Shown here one piece after another: positions 1 through 12,151 of a DNA stretch of 64,000 nt; the first letter of the stretch is position 1; every line of letters begins with the position of its first letter. Position numbers and translations under genes: made by a program. The DNA is from Trichoplax sp. H2 (lineage: Eukaryota), in the NCBI GenBank assembly GCA_003344405.1, contig NOWV01000169.1, positions 62,001 to 126,000 of the forward strand. Reading direction: 5' to 3'. The notes under the pieces are model-generated. The model worked only from the letters and a program-made list of their open reading frames with translations. It did no database searches and was not told the origin of the DNA.

Positions 1-284
1 CACCATGCGGCTTAGGAAACAAATGTGACTACTTGTGCTTTTAATACATTAAAGTGTAATACTATTTAAAATTTAGACAGCAAGCATATGCAGTGAGCAA
101 TAATTACAACTTGTCTATAATGCCCCATCAATATTTGAATCAAAGTTCCGAAAGAACATTAAAACAAATACGAGTATGTAAGTCATACCACAGAAGCTAG
201 CAATTCTCGTTGCATGCGAATGTAGAAAGCCATACGTTTAGTTAATTAATTTTACAGCGAACTACGAAAAATTGCACTACAAAC

Positions 285-886
285 CTTGCATCTAAGTATC
301 ACACAAAATTGTTTCACCTATAAAGAGTACAAAAATAGGAGAAATTTGTTTAGTAACTGTACTGTATACTCCCTGCTGTAACGTATCCATTTCACTATCT
401 GCATTTAATAATTACCGTGTGTACAGTTACAAGGACTGCATTTGCTAGATTGTTAGGGTACTGTACACTGTACAGTATACAGTACAGTACAGTAATAGTA
501 GAAAGGTTGCATAGTTCTATCATTATATTGTACTGTCTAGAATCAAAGAAACGCAAACAGTAACCTGAGAAAGTTGTTCTTTCGCGAATGGCATTGCTTG
601 AATGTAATACCAGTCATGCAAATGTCTACCGAATATAAAGTCAATTGTATTTTTTCGGGAAGCATTCATTAATTTTGATCTCGACAAGATTAAGTCAGAG
701 AATGATTGATTACTTGCGGGAAAAGACCAAGTTATTAATGAATCTCCATTAACATCGGATTCTGCGATATTGTGGTAGCAGAAATGCAGAGATGTTAAAG
801 GTTTCCCTGAGCATACACGCGTAAATTCATTAATTAACATCAGTACCTATAATATGTAAGCTATGCAATTTCAAACTTCTACTCAT
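285..886 (-). CDS. DENND10: DENN domain-containing protein 10 (FAM45A-like), 5' part; gene continues beyond the left edge of the window
   Basis: GT-AG exons 886-847, 761-565 and 317-285 splice in frame to MSRSLKLHSLHIIE-SDVNGDSLITWSFPASNQSFSDLILSRSKL...FIFGRHLHDWYYIQ...LSQ-VKQFCVILRCK. This matches the FAM45A N-terminus as recalled (GLIEKDTNGEVLWVWCYP...FVFGQYRRTWFYI...VTHFSIVLTAK). No further exon was recognised in 1-284. Confidence 0.85.
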
Positions 887-1742
887 CTCGTAGTAAAAAT
901 TAAAAGTTCTCGCCTTCCTTTCACTTCTTTACAGGACTTTAATCTAAATTAATAATTTTTAATCTTAAACTCTGCTATAAACGTTTCCACATTCACTGCT
1001 AAGAATCTCTGAGTTACTGTATCCCTAATGTTTACTGTACTGAGTAGTACCTGTAGCTACTGTAGTGTCGTGCTGTACTGTACAGTACAAGTACAGTACA
1101 GCTATCATGAACTCAAGTACTCAACGATGCTGTCTGGCAGCAACATACTGTAGCAGCATAGAACTATTTAAATTAAATAGTTTTTAAACTTACTGTACAT
1201 ACCATACATTATAGTACAGTACTGTACTGTACTGTACAGTACATTTAAAACCGTACAGTACAGTAATGTACAATATACTGTACTGTACTGTACTGTACAG
1301 ACCGGTATTACGTTGTAAAATGGTTATACACAGTACACGGTATAAAGTTACTGAACCTCTGACAGGTCTATGACAAATGGTAATACTATCTGTTAAATGA
1401 GCACATTATCGTAAACCGTCAGCAAAGCGACGGGAGTTTGCACTAAAATTAATTATTCAATACTACAATACAGTACTGTACAGTGCACTTGTGCACTAAA
1501 TGTGCAGTTTGCTGTAGCGTTTACGGCTACACTCCAAAGTAGCTACCAATAATACCGTACACTGTACCGTACTGTACAATACATGTACAAAGTTGTCTAC
1601 AAACTATTAATTGACGGTTACTCTGAGAGGTACTGTACTGTACTGTACTGTACCGTACTCTACAAATTTCACAAAAATTTCTTGAATATCCCTAAATTTG
1701 CAACTCACAAGTTTGCAAACGTCTTAAATATCATTTATTACT
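887..1742. promoter_or_regulatory. Putative bidirectional promoter DENND10 / DCTN1
   Basis: Divergent start codons at 886 (-) and 1743 (+), ~860 bp apart. The interval is rich in ACAGT/ACTGT tracts and carries the dispersed element at 1335-1446. Confidence 0.6.
1335..1446 (+). mobile_element. ~112-bp dispersed repeat with Helitron-like 3' end, copy 1
   Basis: Near-identical to the reverse complement of 52804-52916. It ends in hairpin CCGTC-AGCAAAGC-GACGG (1416-1433), followed ~10 nt later by CTAA (CTRR). Confidence 0.65.
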
Positions 1743-4700
1743 ATGTCGGAAAAAAGTATCAAACTTGGTCAAAAGGTAGAAGTACCCGGTCGTGGATATA
1801 TAGGCACTGTTGCGTATATTGGCTCTACCTCCTTTGCTCCGGGTAAATGGGTCGGGATAATTTTGGATGAGCCAAAAGGCAAAAATAATGGCACAGTACA
1901 GGGCAAGCGATATTTTACATGTGAAGATAATTTTGGCATGTTTGTAAGACCTACACAAATTAATATTCTTGAAGAAGTACCGTCGACCGACGTAACTTCA
2001 AGTTCCGAGAAATTATCGTATGTTAAATTAACGTAACTAAACATTGCTACTGGTGTTATCTATTTTAACAAATTCAAAATTTATCGATACAGGCTGCAGT
2101 GCACAGTGCAGTACAAGGCGCAGTCACTTAGTTAAGGCTAATTATAAGTACGCGTATTGCGTGATGAAAAATATTGATATGTTACTATGCTAATTTTTTC
2201 TATGAAAGTACGAACTTACGCACTGTTATAACGAAACTCGAAATAGTTACTTTGAGCTAATAAGATAACGTTTTGGATATTCTTGCCTTCAGCTCTGTCA
2301 TTGTTAATGATCATTAGTCTAACTCAAAAGGGGTTAAGTTCATGGAAATTTGCTATTTAACCTGAGTTAGCAATTTATTTAGTGTATATCATATGGGTAT
2401 GTCAGACGCCTTGAATGAATTAATCGAATAGGAAATCGTAGTTAATTATTACCGTGATCTCTATATTCAGTGTATATTCACATGATTGTTGGGATCAAAG
2501 GTCCGGTTTAACCATTTAAATTTTACATTCAAAAACATAACCACTACTTATGGTATGTAATATTTATGATGGCGTTATTGCGTCGTGCATATAGTGTTCC
2601 TGTTGAATCGAAGAGAAGAAACACTGGGCCATCTTCCCCGACGTCTCCGAGAACTCCTGCAGTGTCCGTTAGTGCAAGTACCAGTACTGAAAAGCTTAAG
2701 TGAGTAAGATTACTGAGTACTGGGTTATCGTTGACTTTAAAATTTTCTGTTTACTTATATGATCATTATTAATTAATTCAATAACATCGAATTTACTTAG
2801 CACTGCGGTAGATTTATAATAAGGTTACATGGGTAATTTCAGAAGTCTTTAAAGACTTTTTTTCGATTCACTCTACTGTACTAATACAGTAGTATGATGT
2901 TATGATATTAATAATTTCATAGCGTTCCTACGGAATCAAAGCGTCGAAATACCGGACCTTCAAAAGATAAATCCACAGTACCTACTGGAGTTAAGACAGG
3001 AAAATCCGGGCCCCAAATATCGGTGATTGTAGCTAAAGATGCAAGCACTAATATTAGCAAACCGCTACCTTCTCCCAAAAATGCTACCAAAAATTCTTCT
3101 ATTGTCAATCCTGTATCAAAGCAGCCGTCAATAACCTCTGATGGTCACTCCGTCAAGTGTAAGGTTTCATTCAAAGTTTGTAAAACGTATCTGTCTTATG
3201 TAATCCGTAGCTAAGATTTAATATCGTTGCTTCAAAATTATATGCTAGTGGAAACGTCTACATCCAACGATAATGCGGAGGAATTATTAATCCTGAAGCG
3301 AAAACGAGAAGAAGATGCGTTAAAGATGAAAGATTACGAGAAGCTAAAATTGCAGTTGCAACAGGTTGAATAATATCTAATGTCATCGTTTTTTTATGTT
3401 TATTGACGCTAAGGTCCAATTTTATGTAGTTAAATGAATTCAAAATAAAATGGCAGGAAGCACAATCGGATTTGCAGAAGAAGCTTAAAGAAGCAAAAAA
3501 GGTTCAATTTAAAATCCTGACGGCAAGTCCGTCATCATGAAAAGATTTTGATTCTGCATATGTATAATATAACGACAGCAATAATAATTTCATTAAACTT
3601 TAGGAAGCTAAGGAAGCTATTGAATTTAAGGAAAAGTTTGAAACGGAAATGCAAGAAAAAGAGGAATTGCTTCAGTTAGCTATGCTAGACAAGGAATTGG
3701 CCAATGAAAAGGTACAGCATACTTAGACTGGATCAGAGCAGGCACCTTGAAAGATATACTTCTAGAATAGTATGCTATGCTGCTTCACTGAGTAGCATTG
3801 ACGAACATCACAACTCTTTGTAGGTGCTTGTATTACAGGATGAATGTGAGCAAAGCTTAGAAAATATTGAAGAACTAAAAAGTGAGATTGAACTACTGAA
3901 AGGTGAAGTTGAAGACCTAAAAGGTGAAGTTTTTGTCTTCTTTTAGTAACCCAGATTACAATCAATAAGGCGCTACCAATTACATGATACTTTAATGCTT
4001 TACTAATGAATCCGTAAAAATACTCATTGAACAGCTACCGGGAGTAATAATGATAGTGAAACAACTCATCAGGTCCAGTTACTACAGAAACAACAAAGAC
4101 AGCTTAAGGATGCCTTAATTAAGTGCGCTTGATATCACAGATACAATATCGAAAGACAATATTCTATAGTTAATTAATTTAACCTCTATTGTGTTATTGT
4201 TCCAACTAGAATGCGAGAGTTATCTATGTCCGAAAGGCAGGATCACGCCCAAACTGCTGAAGAGTTGAAAAAAAAGTCATCTCAGCTGAAGTCTATAAAT
4301 GCTGATGTAGCGAAACTTAGAACAGAACTGGCGGTAGGAGGCTACTATCTCTTTATATACGCGCATATTACTGTTCGAAACGTGTTAAATTGCAAAGTTA
4401 ACGTTGCATACGTTTGTGTGTCTTAGAATGCGGAAGAAACTATTGAAATTTTAAAAGAACAAGTTGATGCCGCTGTTGGAGCACAAGACATGTTAGAAAA
4501 ACTAACAGATAATAATTTAGAGCTTGATGAAAGAAACAGGGAGCTAAATGAACAAATCGATGAATTGGTAACAAGTGCTAACAAACGCTAAAGCCTATTG
4601 TTAATTGATTAATTAATTATATTACAATCGAAATTACTCTGATTTAATTTAATAATAGCAATTAAATAAAATATCTGTCACATCTTTTACCATTTTCATA

Positions 4701-7700
4701 GGAAGCACTGGTCGATATGAACGACGAATTAGAAGAGAACCATCAAGAACTAGAGAGGGACTTGAGAGACGAAATAGCTTCTTTAACGAATGAACTACTT
4801 GAGGTATAGATGTGTACTAAAAAATTGTGAGGATTTTATTTCGAATTTTGACTAGCTGATTTAATCTTTCAATATAAAATCGCAGCTGCCTCATATACAA
4901 TTGAATAAAGCTCATACCTTTGCGGTACATTACTTTCGATCGTTTAATAATTAATCTATTTTCTCATCGAATTTCACGGTGTTAGAGAAACCAACGACTA
5001 GAGATAGCAATAAATACAACTGCAGATCAATCAAGTACCATCAATAAATTCCGTGACTTAGTACAACAACTACAGGTAATGCTTTTAAAGTCGCAAAGTT
5101 AATTAGAATGTAATGGAATGTTACTGTCAAAAAGTATAATTACTATCTACTTGATTATACAACTTTGCTAGGAAGAAAATGTGTCTTATCGAGAAAAGTT
5201 AGAGTCAAATATTGTATCAGAAAGCCCTAAAATAAATACTCAAGCCATTGACTACAAACTAAAAATGGCAACCACGAAAGCACACGGCAAAGTATGACCT
5301 ACAAATTTAACATCATTAATAGTCAATTATCCTTAAACTACTTTATCTTTAACCGGTACTTCCTAGGCGATTGATATCGAACTATTAAAAGTAGAGATCT
5401 CAATGCTGAACTATTATAACGACTTACTACTGACGTTCTTACCAAAATCATTTGTTGACAACGGTGGTAAGATTCGATCACACCATTATTGAAATTTAAT
5501 AACCAATGGAACTATTTTATGATATTTGTTTCACTTTTCGTTAGGCGAACGTGACTGTTTACTAGTTATGACTCTAATGAATCGAGTTTCACGCAAGTCC
5601 TCCATCATCTCAACACAAGTAAAAGAAAGGGTAAGCATTTTTTGACATTTGTGTTAATATACTTTTTATCTTGTTTCTATGCTTGACTTTAGCTATTAAC
5701 TTTATTACAGTTTGCAATAGGTGACGCTCTAGATCTTACCAATGTGGATACTTCGCAATTAGAGAGAGTAGAATTTGGATGTAGAATAATTCAGGAATTT
5801 TCAAATCTAATTATCATAGTTAACAGAATCGAAAGGTTAGATACTTATTAACTAACTATGTTGGATATTTCATATTACAAATATCAGTTACACTGCATCA
5901 TTGTATTTTTTGTGTTATCAGTAATTCTGAGTGTGTGCTAATTATCTAGTGCCATGTCGGTATGCAGTATGGAGATTTTTAGTAAATTAGGAAGTTTATA
6001 TGCAGACACTCTTCCTCATGAAAAAGCTATTGATAATATTATAGAATTGCTACGAAAAGATCAGGTCTGAATGAGCATTAATAGAACAGCGCTATGTTTA
6101 AAAATGAAGCTGCTAAATAATTTGTATTTTATATGTGCATAGTTGGACGAAAACTGCTCATTGGATTCTCTGCAGAAATGTTTAGCATTTTTTAAGGTTT
6201 TTCAAGTAGAATAGAAATTAATATTCAAACTTTTACGTCATTAAACTGACAATCTCCATAAATTCGCTGCTTGTGTGATAGCACCTAGTTAACACGCACC
6301 TAACAAATGAACCTATCGACCATTGTTTGTTCCTTTGTGATCATGCAAATTGTTTGGGTTGCTTAGCTGACTATTTGTCCGTGAATCTATCTGGGTTATT
6401 GATAATTGGGAAGGTAATAAAATAGCGGTACTTCTTAAAGCAGTACGTTTTTTTAATGTGGCCATTATAATTTCCATTTATAAATGATATGCATTGTTTC
6501 GAAAGCATGTAGATAATAGTCATGTTAAGCAATGGCTGACTGATCTATCGAGGATAATTATGAATATCCGACAACACTGCCGAAAGGTAACCGTATTTTA
6601 AAACTGTGTTCTTTTTCAAATCTCACTACTAAACGTAAACAGCATTAAACGATGGAAGAGATTGCAATGTAATATGAATCTGATGAATTATAATTATTAG
6701 GTTAAAAGGAACATCCCGCAAGATGGAAACAGTATAATTGAACTCCCAAAAAAGGTAATGAAAATTACTTCCTTTTGGTATTGTAATATACAATGGATAC
6801 TTTATAGTTTGATTGTCTTACAGATTTATGATACATTGTCTGAGCATAATGATTGCTTAAGAACGTTGGGTTTCCTGTTCCAAGATGTATGTTCGAATAT
6901 TAATGTACAGGCAATCTCACCGGGAGGTATGGTCTCACTTACTGATAATGAAAATAATTTCCTTCTGTTAGATAAAGTTCTATTGAGCTGTTATTAAATT
7001 TCGGTAATAAAAATTCCAATCTTATTTGATGACCTACGGTATCTTAATTGACGTTTTTAGAAGATGTTAATATATCTGAATATGAACTCGAGAATACTAT
7101 TCTAAAATTGATTCATAAATCCTACGGAAGTGAATCTTCCTTGGAATCACTACGGTAATACAAACTGTAGGATTTTATTATTCCTCAGTAGCGTATGTAC
7201 TATTTGCTTGTTATTTTTGGCTAGCGTAAGATTCCAATTCCTATTGAGCAAAATCGGCGCTTACTTGCGAATGATTTCACAGGCATTGCTACCGATCTTA
7301 GTCTTGTATTAAAATACATCGATAGTGTTCGAGTTTAACAACTGTAAAAAACTATTTTCTCTTGTATAGTGATTTACTAGAGAAAATTGAATTCGATATG
7401 CAAACGATTGCTGATGCCTTGCAAAGTGGTGAATATGACAATGAAGGCAATAAGGGATACAAGGTTGAGTACACTATAGTATCAGTATGAGTTCATTTCA
7501 CTTGTATTTTCGTCACCTACTGCAATAGGAAACATTTGCTTACACTAATTGTTGCAGTAATTTTTTTGAACCACCTAATTGATAGGGAGAGGCCCCTTAT
7601 TCTATCCGAGCTAAAGAAATGATTGGAATCATTGACAGTGCTGTTGCAGTTGAAAAGAAGTTAAAAGAGAAAGAAGAAACGGTCACTGAACTTCGAAAGG

Positions 7701-9580
7701 GTCTTAAGGGAAAGGTTATACTGGATATACTATTAGAAATAAGATTTATGTAAAGCCTATCCTTGCGTTACAGACCCTATAAATGTTACTGTCATATCAT
7801 GCCTAGAATGATGAAATAGGAGAGCTCAAAGTACGAATTAATATGTTGGAGAAACGTGTTGAAAATGCGACAAAAGAGGTGCCCTGAAGAGTGATGAATG
7901 CCATTTTTTAAGGCTTGCTATTAATTGCTATTTTCCGATATTTGTGCAGTCGCAAGCCCACCTTCAGGATTTAGAAAGGAAACTAGAACACACGAAAGAA
8001 GAATTGGCTAAGAAGGAGAGGTTATCAATTATTCAATCGTTGCTTCAGTCTATAATTAACTTAAATTAAAATACTATGAAACTGAATTAGTGTGTTTGAA
8101 GCTGCGATGGATGGACTACAACAAGACATTGAAGATTTAGAGAGAGAAAAAGAAGAATTAGAGAAAAGGCTGAATACTGTCGCTAAAAAATCGATGATGA
8201 CTAATATTTCTCAACGTGGTCCGCCATCTGGAATAGCTGCTATTGTTGCTGGATTAAGCGGATCATCAGGCACTGATCTTAATACTGATAGTAACACTAT
8301 TACACCTGGATCTATAATTGCTGGTGAAACGTCTCAAGTTGTTATCCGAGATTCTGACAGTATTTTGAAACAGGTTCTTAAAATAGCTATGCTTAAAAAT
8401 TGTACGTGCTTGAACTAAATCAACTTCATGGAGTCAATATTTTAAAGAATGATACAAAAAATCTTATGCTAGGTGGATATTTTAAAGTCAACGGTTCGCT
8501 ATCTTAGAAATGAAAACCTTCGATTAAAGGGAGAGAAAGCTAAGGTTCTCTATATATGTATTATTATTATTTAAATTCGCTCATAGTGATCTGGCTATTA
8601 CAATACTTTTAAACCTGTATATAACGTTTAAAACAAATTGATTGCATCTGGCTTTGTTAGATTGAATTAGCAAGCCTCCCACCAATAATATTGCCGAATA
8701 GTTTAAGTAAGCCTTACGATGAATTAGAAGCAGAAAAAGAAGCTGATGGAAACACGGAAACTATAGACGGTAAGGCAACAGATGTTTATAATTTTATTAT
8801 CTACCTCTAATATAATCAACTGACGTGTTTTACTAGATGAGCAAGAAAAAGAAACGAAAATTGATGTGAACAAAGAAAATTCTACAGATACAACATTTCA
8901 GATTGCCTCCTCGAGAGCACCCATGCAAATTAAGTCAAGGTCTACCACTAAAACTACTGAATACTCTGTACAATCAGTTGTGCGAGAAATATGTGATGTC
9001 CTTCATGTTAGTACTGTATTCGTAATATTAAAATTTTTTATTAAGAATTTTCACAACATATATTTTGATTTAAAATTCTTCATCTGTAAAATCTAACCAC
9101 AGAGAATTGAGTCCGCTAGTTCAAATCCGATAGTGGTTGATATTAGCAACAGAAAGCCTGGAAATGTACCAGCCTCAGAAAAACAAAAACCTAGTCACCA
9201 GCTGGTAAACAGGGTTGCTTCTCTAAATGAACTGCAATCCTCGTATGACCAACTTCAAAAAAAAGTATCAACATTTGTTGCTAATCGACTTCCTGGTGGT
9301 GTATCAAAGACTACATTTTCTTCATTTGTTACCCCTGTTTTCTCGAAGGTATTTAAATCATACATAAATTTCTTATCTTTACTTTATAATTAAGTCTTTA
9401 ATACGATAGCATCTTTACTCACTGTATTAATCATCCTAGTCATTCTATGAACAAGCTGCTACTCCTGTTATTGGAAAAGTAACGATACCAACTTTGGAGA
9501 ACGAGTATAAAATGGACAGACATAACTTATTGTTACAGCATTCTCAATGGCATGCTCTGCATACATTATTTGTTCGATAG
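1743..9580 (+). CDS. DCTN1: Dynactin subunit 1 (p150Glued), multi-exon
   Basis: Exon 1 (1743-2017) encodes a CAP-Gly domain ([27 protein letters not shown]). Ser/basic exons follow at 2595-2699 and 2923-3158, then coiled-coil exons ([85 protein letters not shown]). Last exon ends [12 protein letters not shown] at 9580. Confidence 0.96.
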
Positions 9581-11776
9581 TTATTGATTCTTGCTACTAT
9601 CTGTTTTGAAATTTATTCTATTTGATGTAGATTCTACTATGGATGAGATTATGCGAATTAGTGTTAAACAAAACTTTTTATAAACACTAAAAGATCGATC
9701 GACTGCTCGTACTAAATTTGTTAATTCATTTACTATTTTGAAAGTTTCTGATTATCCTAGTATTGCGTGTTTGAAGTAAAAGTGTTCTACGTATGAGCTA
9801 TTTTATGCTATTTGTACGATCATTAGAAACATTAGAAGCAAATTGTACTGTACGATATTTTCAAACTTTTAAAGTAATTGCGCTACTCTAACTTTGACGA
9901 TAAAGAGTAAGTTTGTATCTTAATGGTTTTAATGAATAAAGCCAAATACTTAAAATTTTTTAACAGTATACAACGTGCGCGTATTACGAAAGCTTTCTTC
10001 AAAGTAGGATTAACTTAGTTTTTTTCATAGAAATTTATTGTTGTCTTTAAACTATACATAAAGTAAATGTCCTGTAATTATTTGAAATAAAGCAATATAT
10101 GTAAATTTTTAGCATCAGCTGTTATGTCCCGTTTATACATTTTACAATTATTTCTTTATATAATTCTGAGATACCAAACTTACAGGAAGAAATTAGCATG
10201 CTTTACTATAAATTTCGTATCTCAGTAAGCGTAGTTTACATTGTTTGCATACACTCCATAATAATATCAATGTGCAGAAAATTTCATTGATAACTCGCAT
10301 AGACTATATGAGTGATTTTAATACCGTAAATATGAAAATGGGAGGGAGGGGACTGTACAGTACATTGTATAAGTTTAGAGCAAGACTGATATCCTAGGGA
10401 CCGTAAGTGCTGTTATTGAGGTTCTGAAGTAGTTTTGTTACCAGACATTCAAATGTGTGACTCTTCTTTAAATGTTACTAGTTGAGATAGATAAATATAA
10501 TTGTTCAGAAAGCTTATTAGCTAATGCAATGAATTACTAGTAGTCAGCTATTTTTATTATAGAACAGAATACATTCCTACTTAAAATTTATCTTAAGCCC
10601 GCGCTTGCAGGAGTAATTACGTATACTAGCGGCACGATTATCGGGTAGTGGGATACATAAATTACGGAGAATTCTTCAAACTTGACATTCGAAATTTGGA
10701 TAAATAATTAATTTACGTGCAACTAATATTTTTATACCGTAGTGGTGTATGAATCGTAAATTATGTACTGTGCTCATGTTGGTTAATCTGAAATATCAAA
10801 TACAATATATGCTTCTCCTTTGCCTTACAGTATTATACATATAAGGAAATTTAGTGGAGTTGATGGATACTAATTTGTTGATTTAATAGAGACAAAAATT
10901 ACATAGTTTAGAAGTAGTCATGTCACAGTAATAAACCGGACAAATATACGAGTAATTGTAGCAGATTATATCGATGAAAAGATTAAGAGCAGTAAAATAA
11001 GGTTGGAATAAGATACTTTTTAAGTCCTTCTAACTGAGCTTAAAACAATCGTACGCATAAATGCATTAAACGATTATCGTATCAAAACCAGTATATCTCG
11101 CCAAAATGTATCAGTAAACTTTTACTAAAAGCCATCGCACTTTGCTAATGCAATACTGTAATATGAATAAATCTGAAATAAAATTAAATTCAAGGTAATA
11201 TTATAAAGCTATTTCTATACTTAGGATTCATTGCGAGCATTTAGCCTACTGTGTTATATCATGTAGTAAAGGACCGGTAGATTTTTTCTCTCCTAGTTTA
11301 GCTATTCAGTAACTATGGTAACTATAGTATTGATCTACAATCAATTTTAGATTTGATCTCAGTATAAAATCTCTCAGCAAGATAACGCAGAAGGAAAAAC
11401 TTCAGAATGTATTAAGTAGCATTGCCATATTTTAATACGTTTAAACTCGTTGATTAAGCCAAGTAGGAGGACTTGGCTTTAGGCGAAATATACCTTAATA
11501 ATTTAAAATATTACAAAAACTTGACTATAGTACGATGGATGCTTCTATGTAAGTCAATTCACTAAAGTAATATTACTATTTACTATTACTGTCTAGTGGT
11601 AGCCTTAGTGCAATATTTACAAAAATTACAGTCGCACAAAAACTACATAGAAAGTTATATGGTGTGTTGAGTTTATTTATTAATGTAATGCATTAAAAAC
11701 AAGGGTGAGTTAATTATAATAATTATAGGTATCTTAAACTAAGTTAAATAGGCATGTGGTCCGCGACTGGAGTCGT

Positions 11777-11798
11777 TGACGTCAGTAAACAACAGCTG
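11777..11798. promoter_or_regulatory. Compact motif cluster: CRE (TGACGTCA), forkhead (GTAAACA), E-box (CAGCTG)
   Basis: Three consensus sites lie nearly back-to-back at 11777-11784, 11785-11791 and 11793-11798, in a GC-richer patch ~350 bp downstream of the peptide gene stop. Function is inferred only. Confidence 0.35.
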
Positions 11799-12151
11799 AC
11801 TGGTTGCGGAATAAGAAATTTTCATAACTATTACATTTTCAACAAGTATACTTGAAGTCCTCACGTCGAACGTAATAAAAAGCTATGCTGACACAAACAC
11901 TATCTTACTGACTTTAATTCAGTACTCATGGTAATTTTCATTTAAAACGGATATTCTTTAGAGCTTAAATTCGAAAAGAACAATCGTATTTGCTACTGAA
12001 CAGCAGATAGACCATTCTAGTCACATTACAATTAAACTGTTTGAGTATACATATGTATACATTATTGAATAATATAGGGAATCCGGAATACGTCATTGTA
12101 AAAGTACATTAACAAGAAGCATCAAGGTATATTTATATTCGTAATCTTATA

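Noticed and set aside
523-840. 105-aa standalone ORF
   Set aside because: It is DENND10 exon 2 (761-565) plus intronic read-through.
1876-1890. CAP-Gly GKNNG instead of GKNDG
   Set aside because: A conservative variant; the rest of the domain is canonical.
11456-11479. Perfect 9-bp hairpin AAGCCAAGT-AGGAGG-ACTTGGCTT
   Set aside because: Terminator or Shine-Dalgarno logic does not apply in a eukaryote, and a stem this short can arise by chance.
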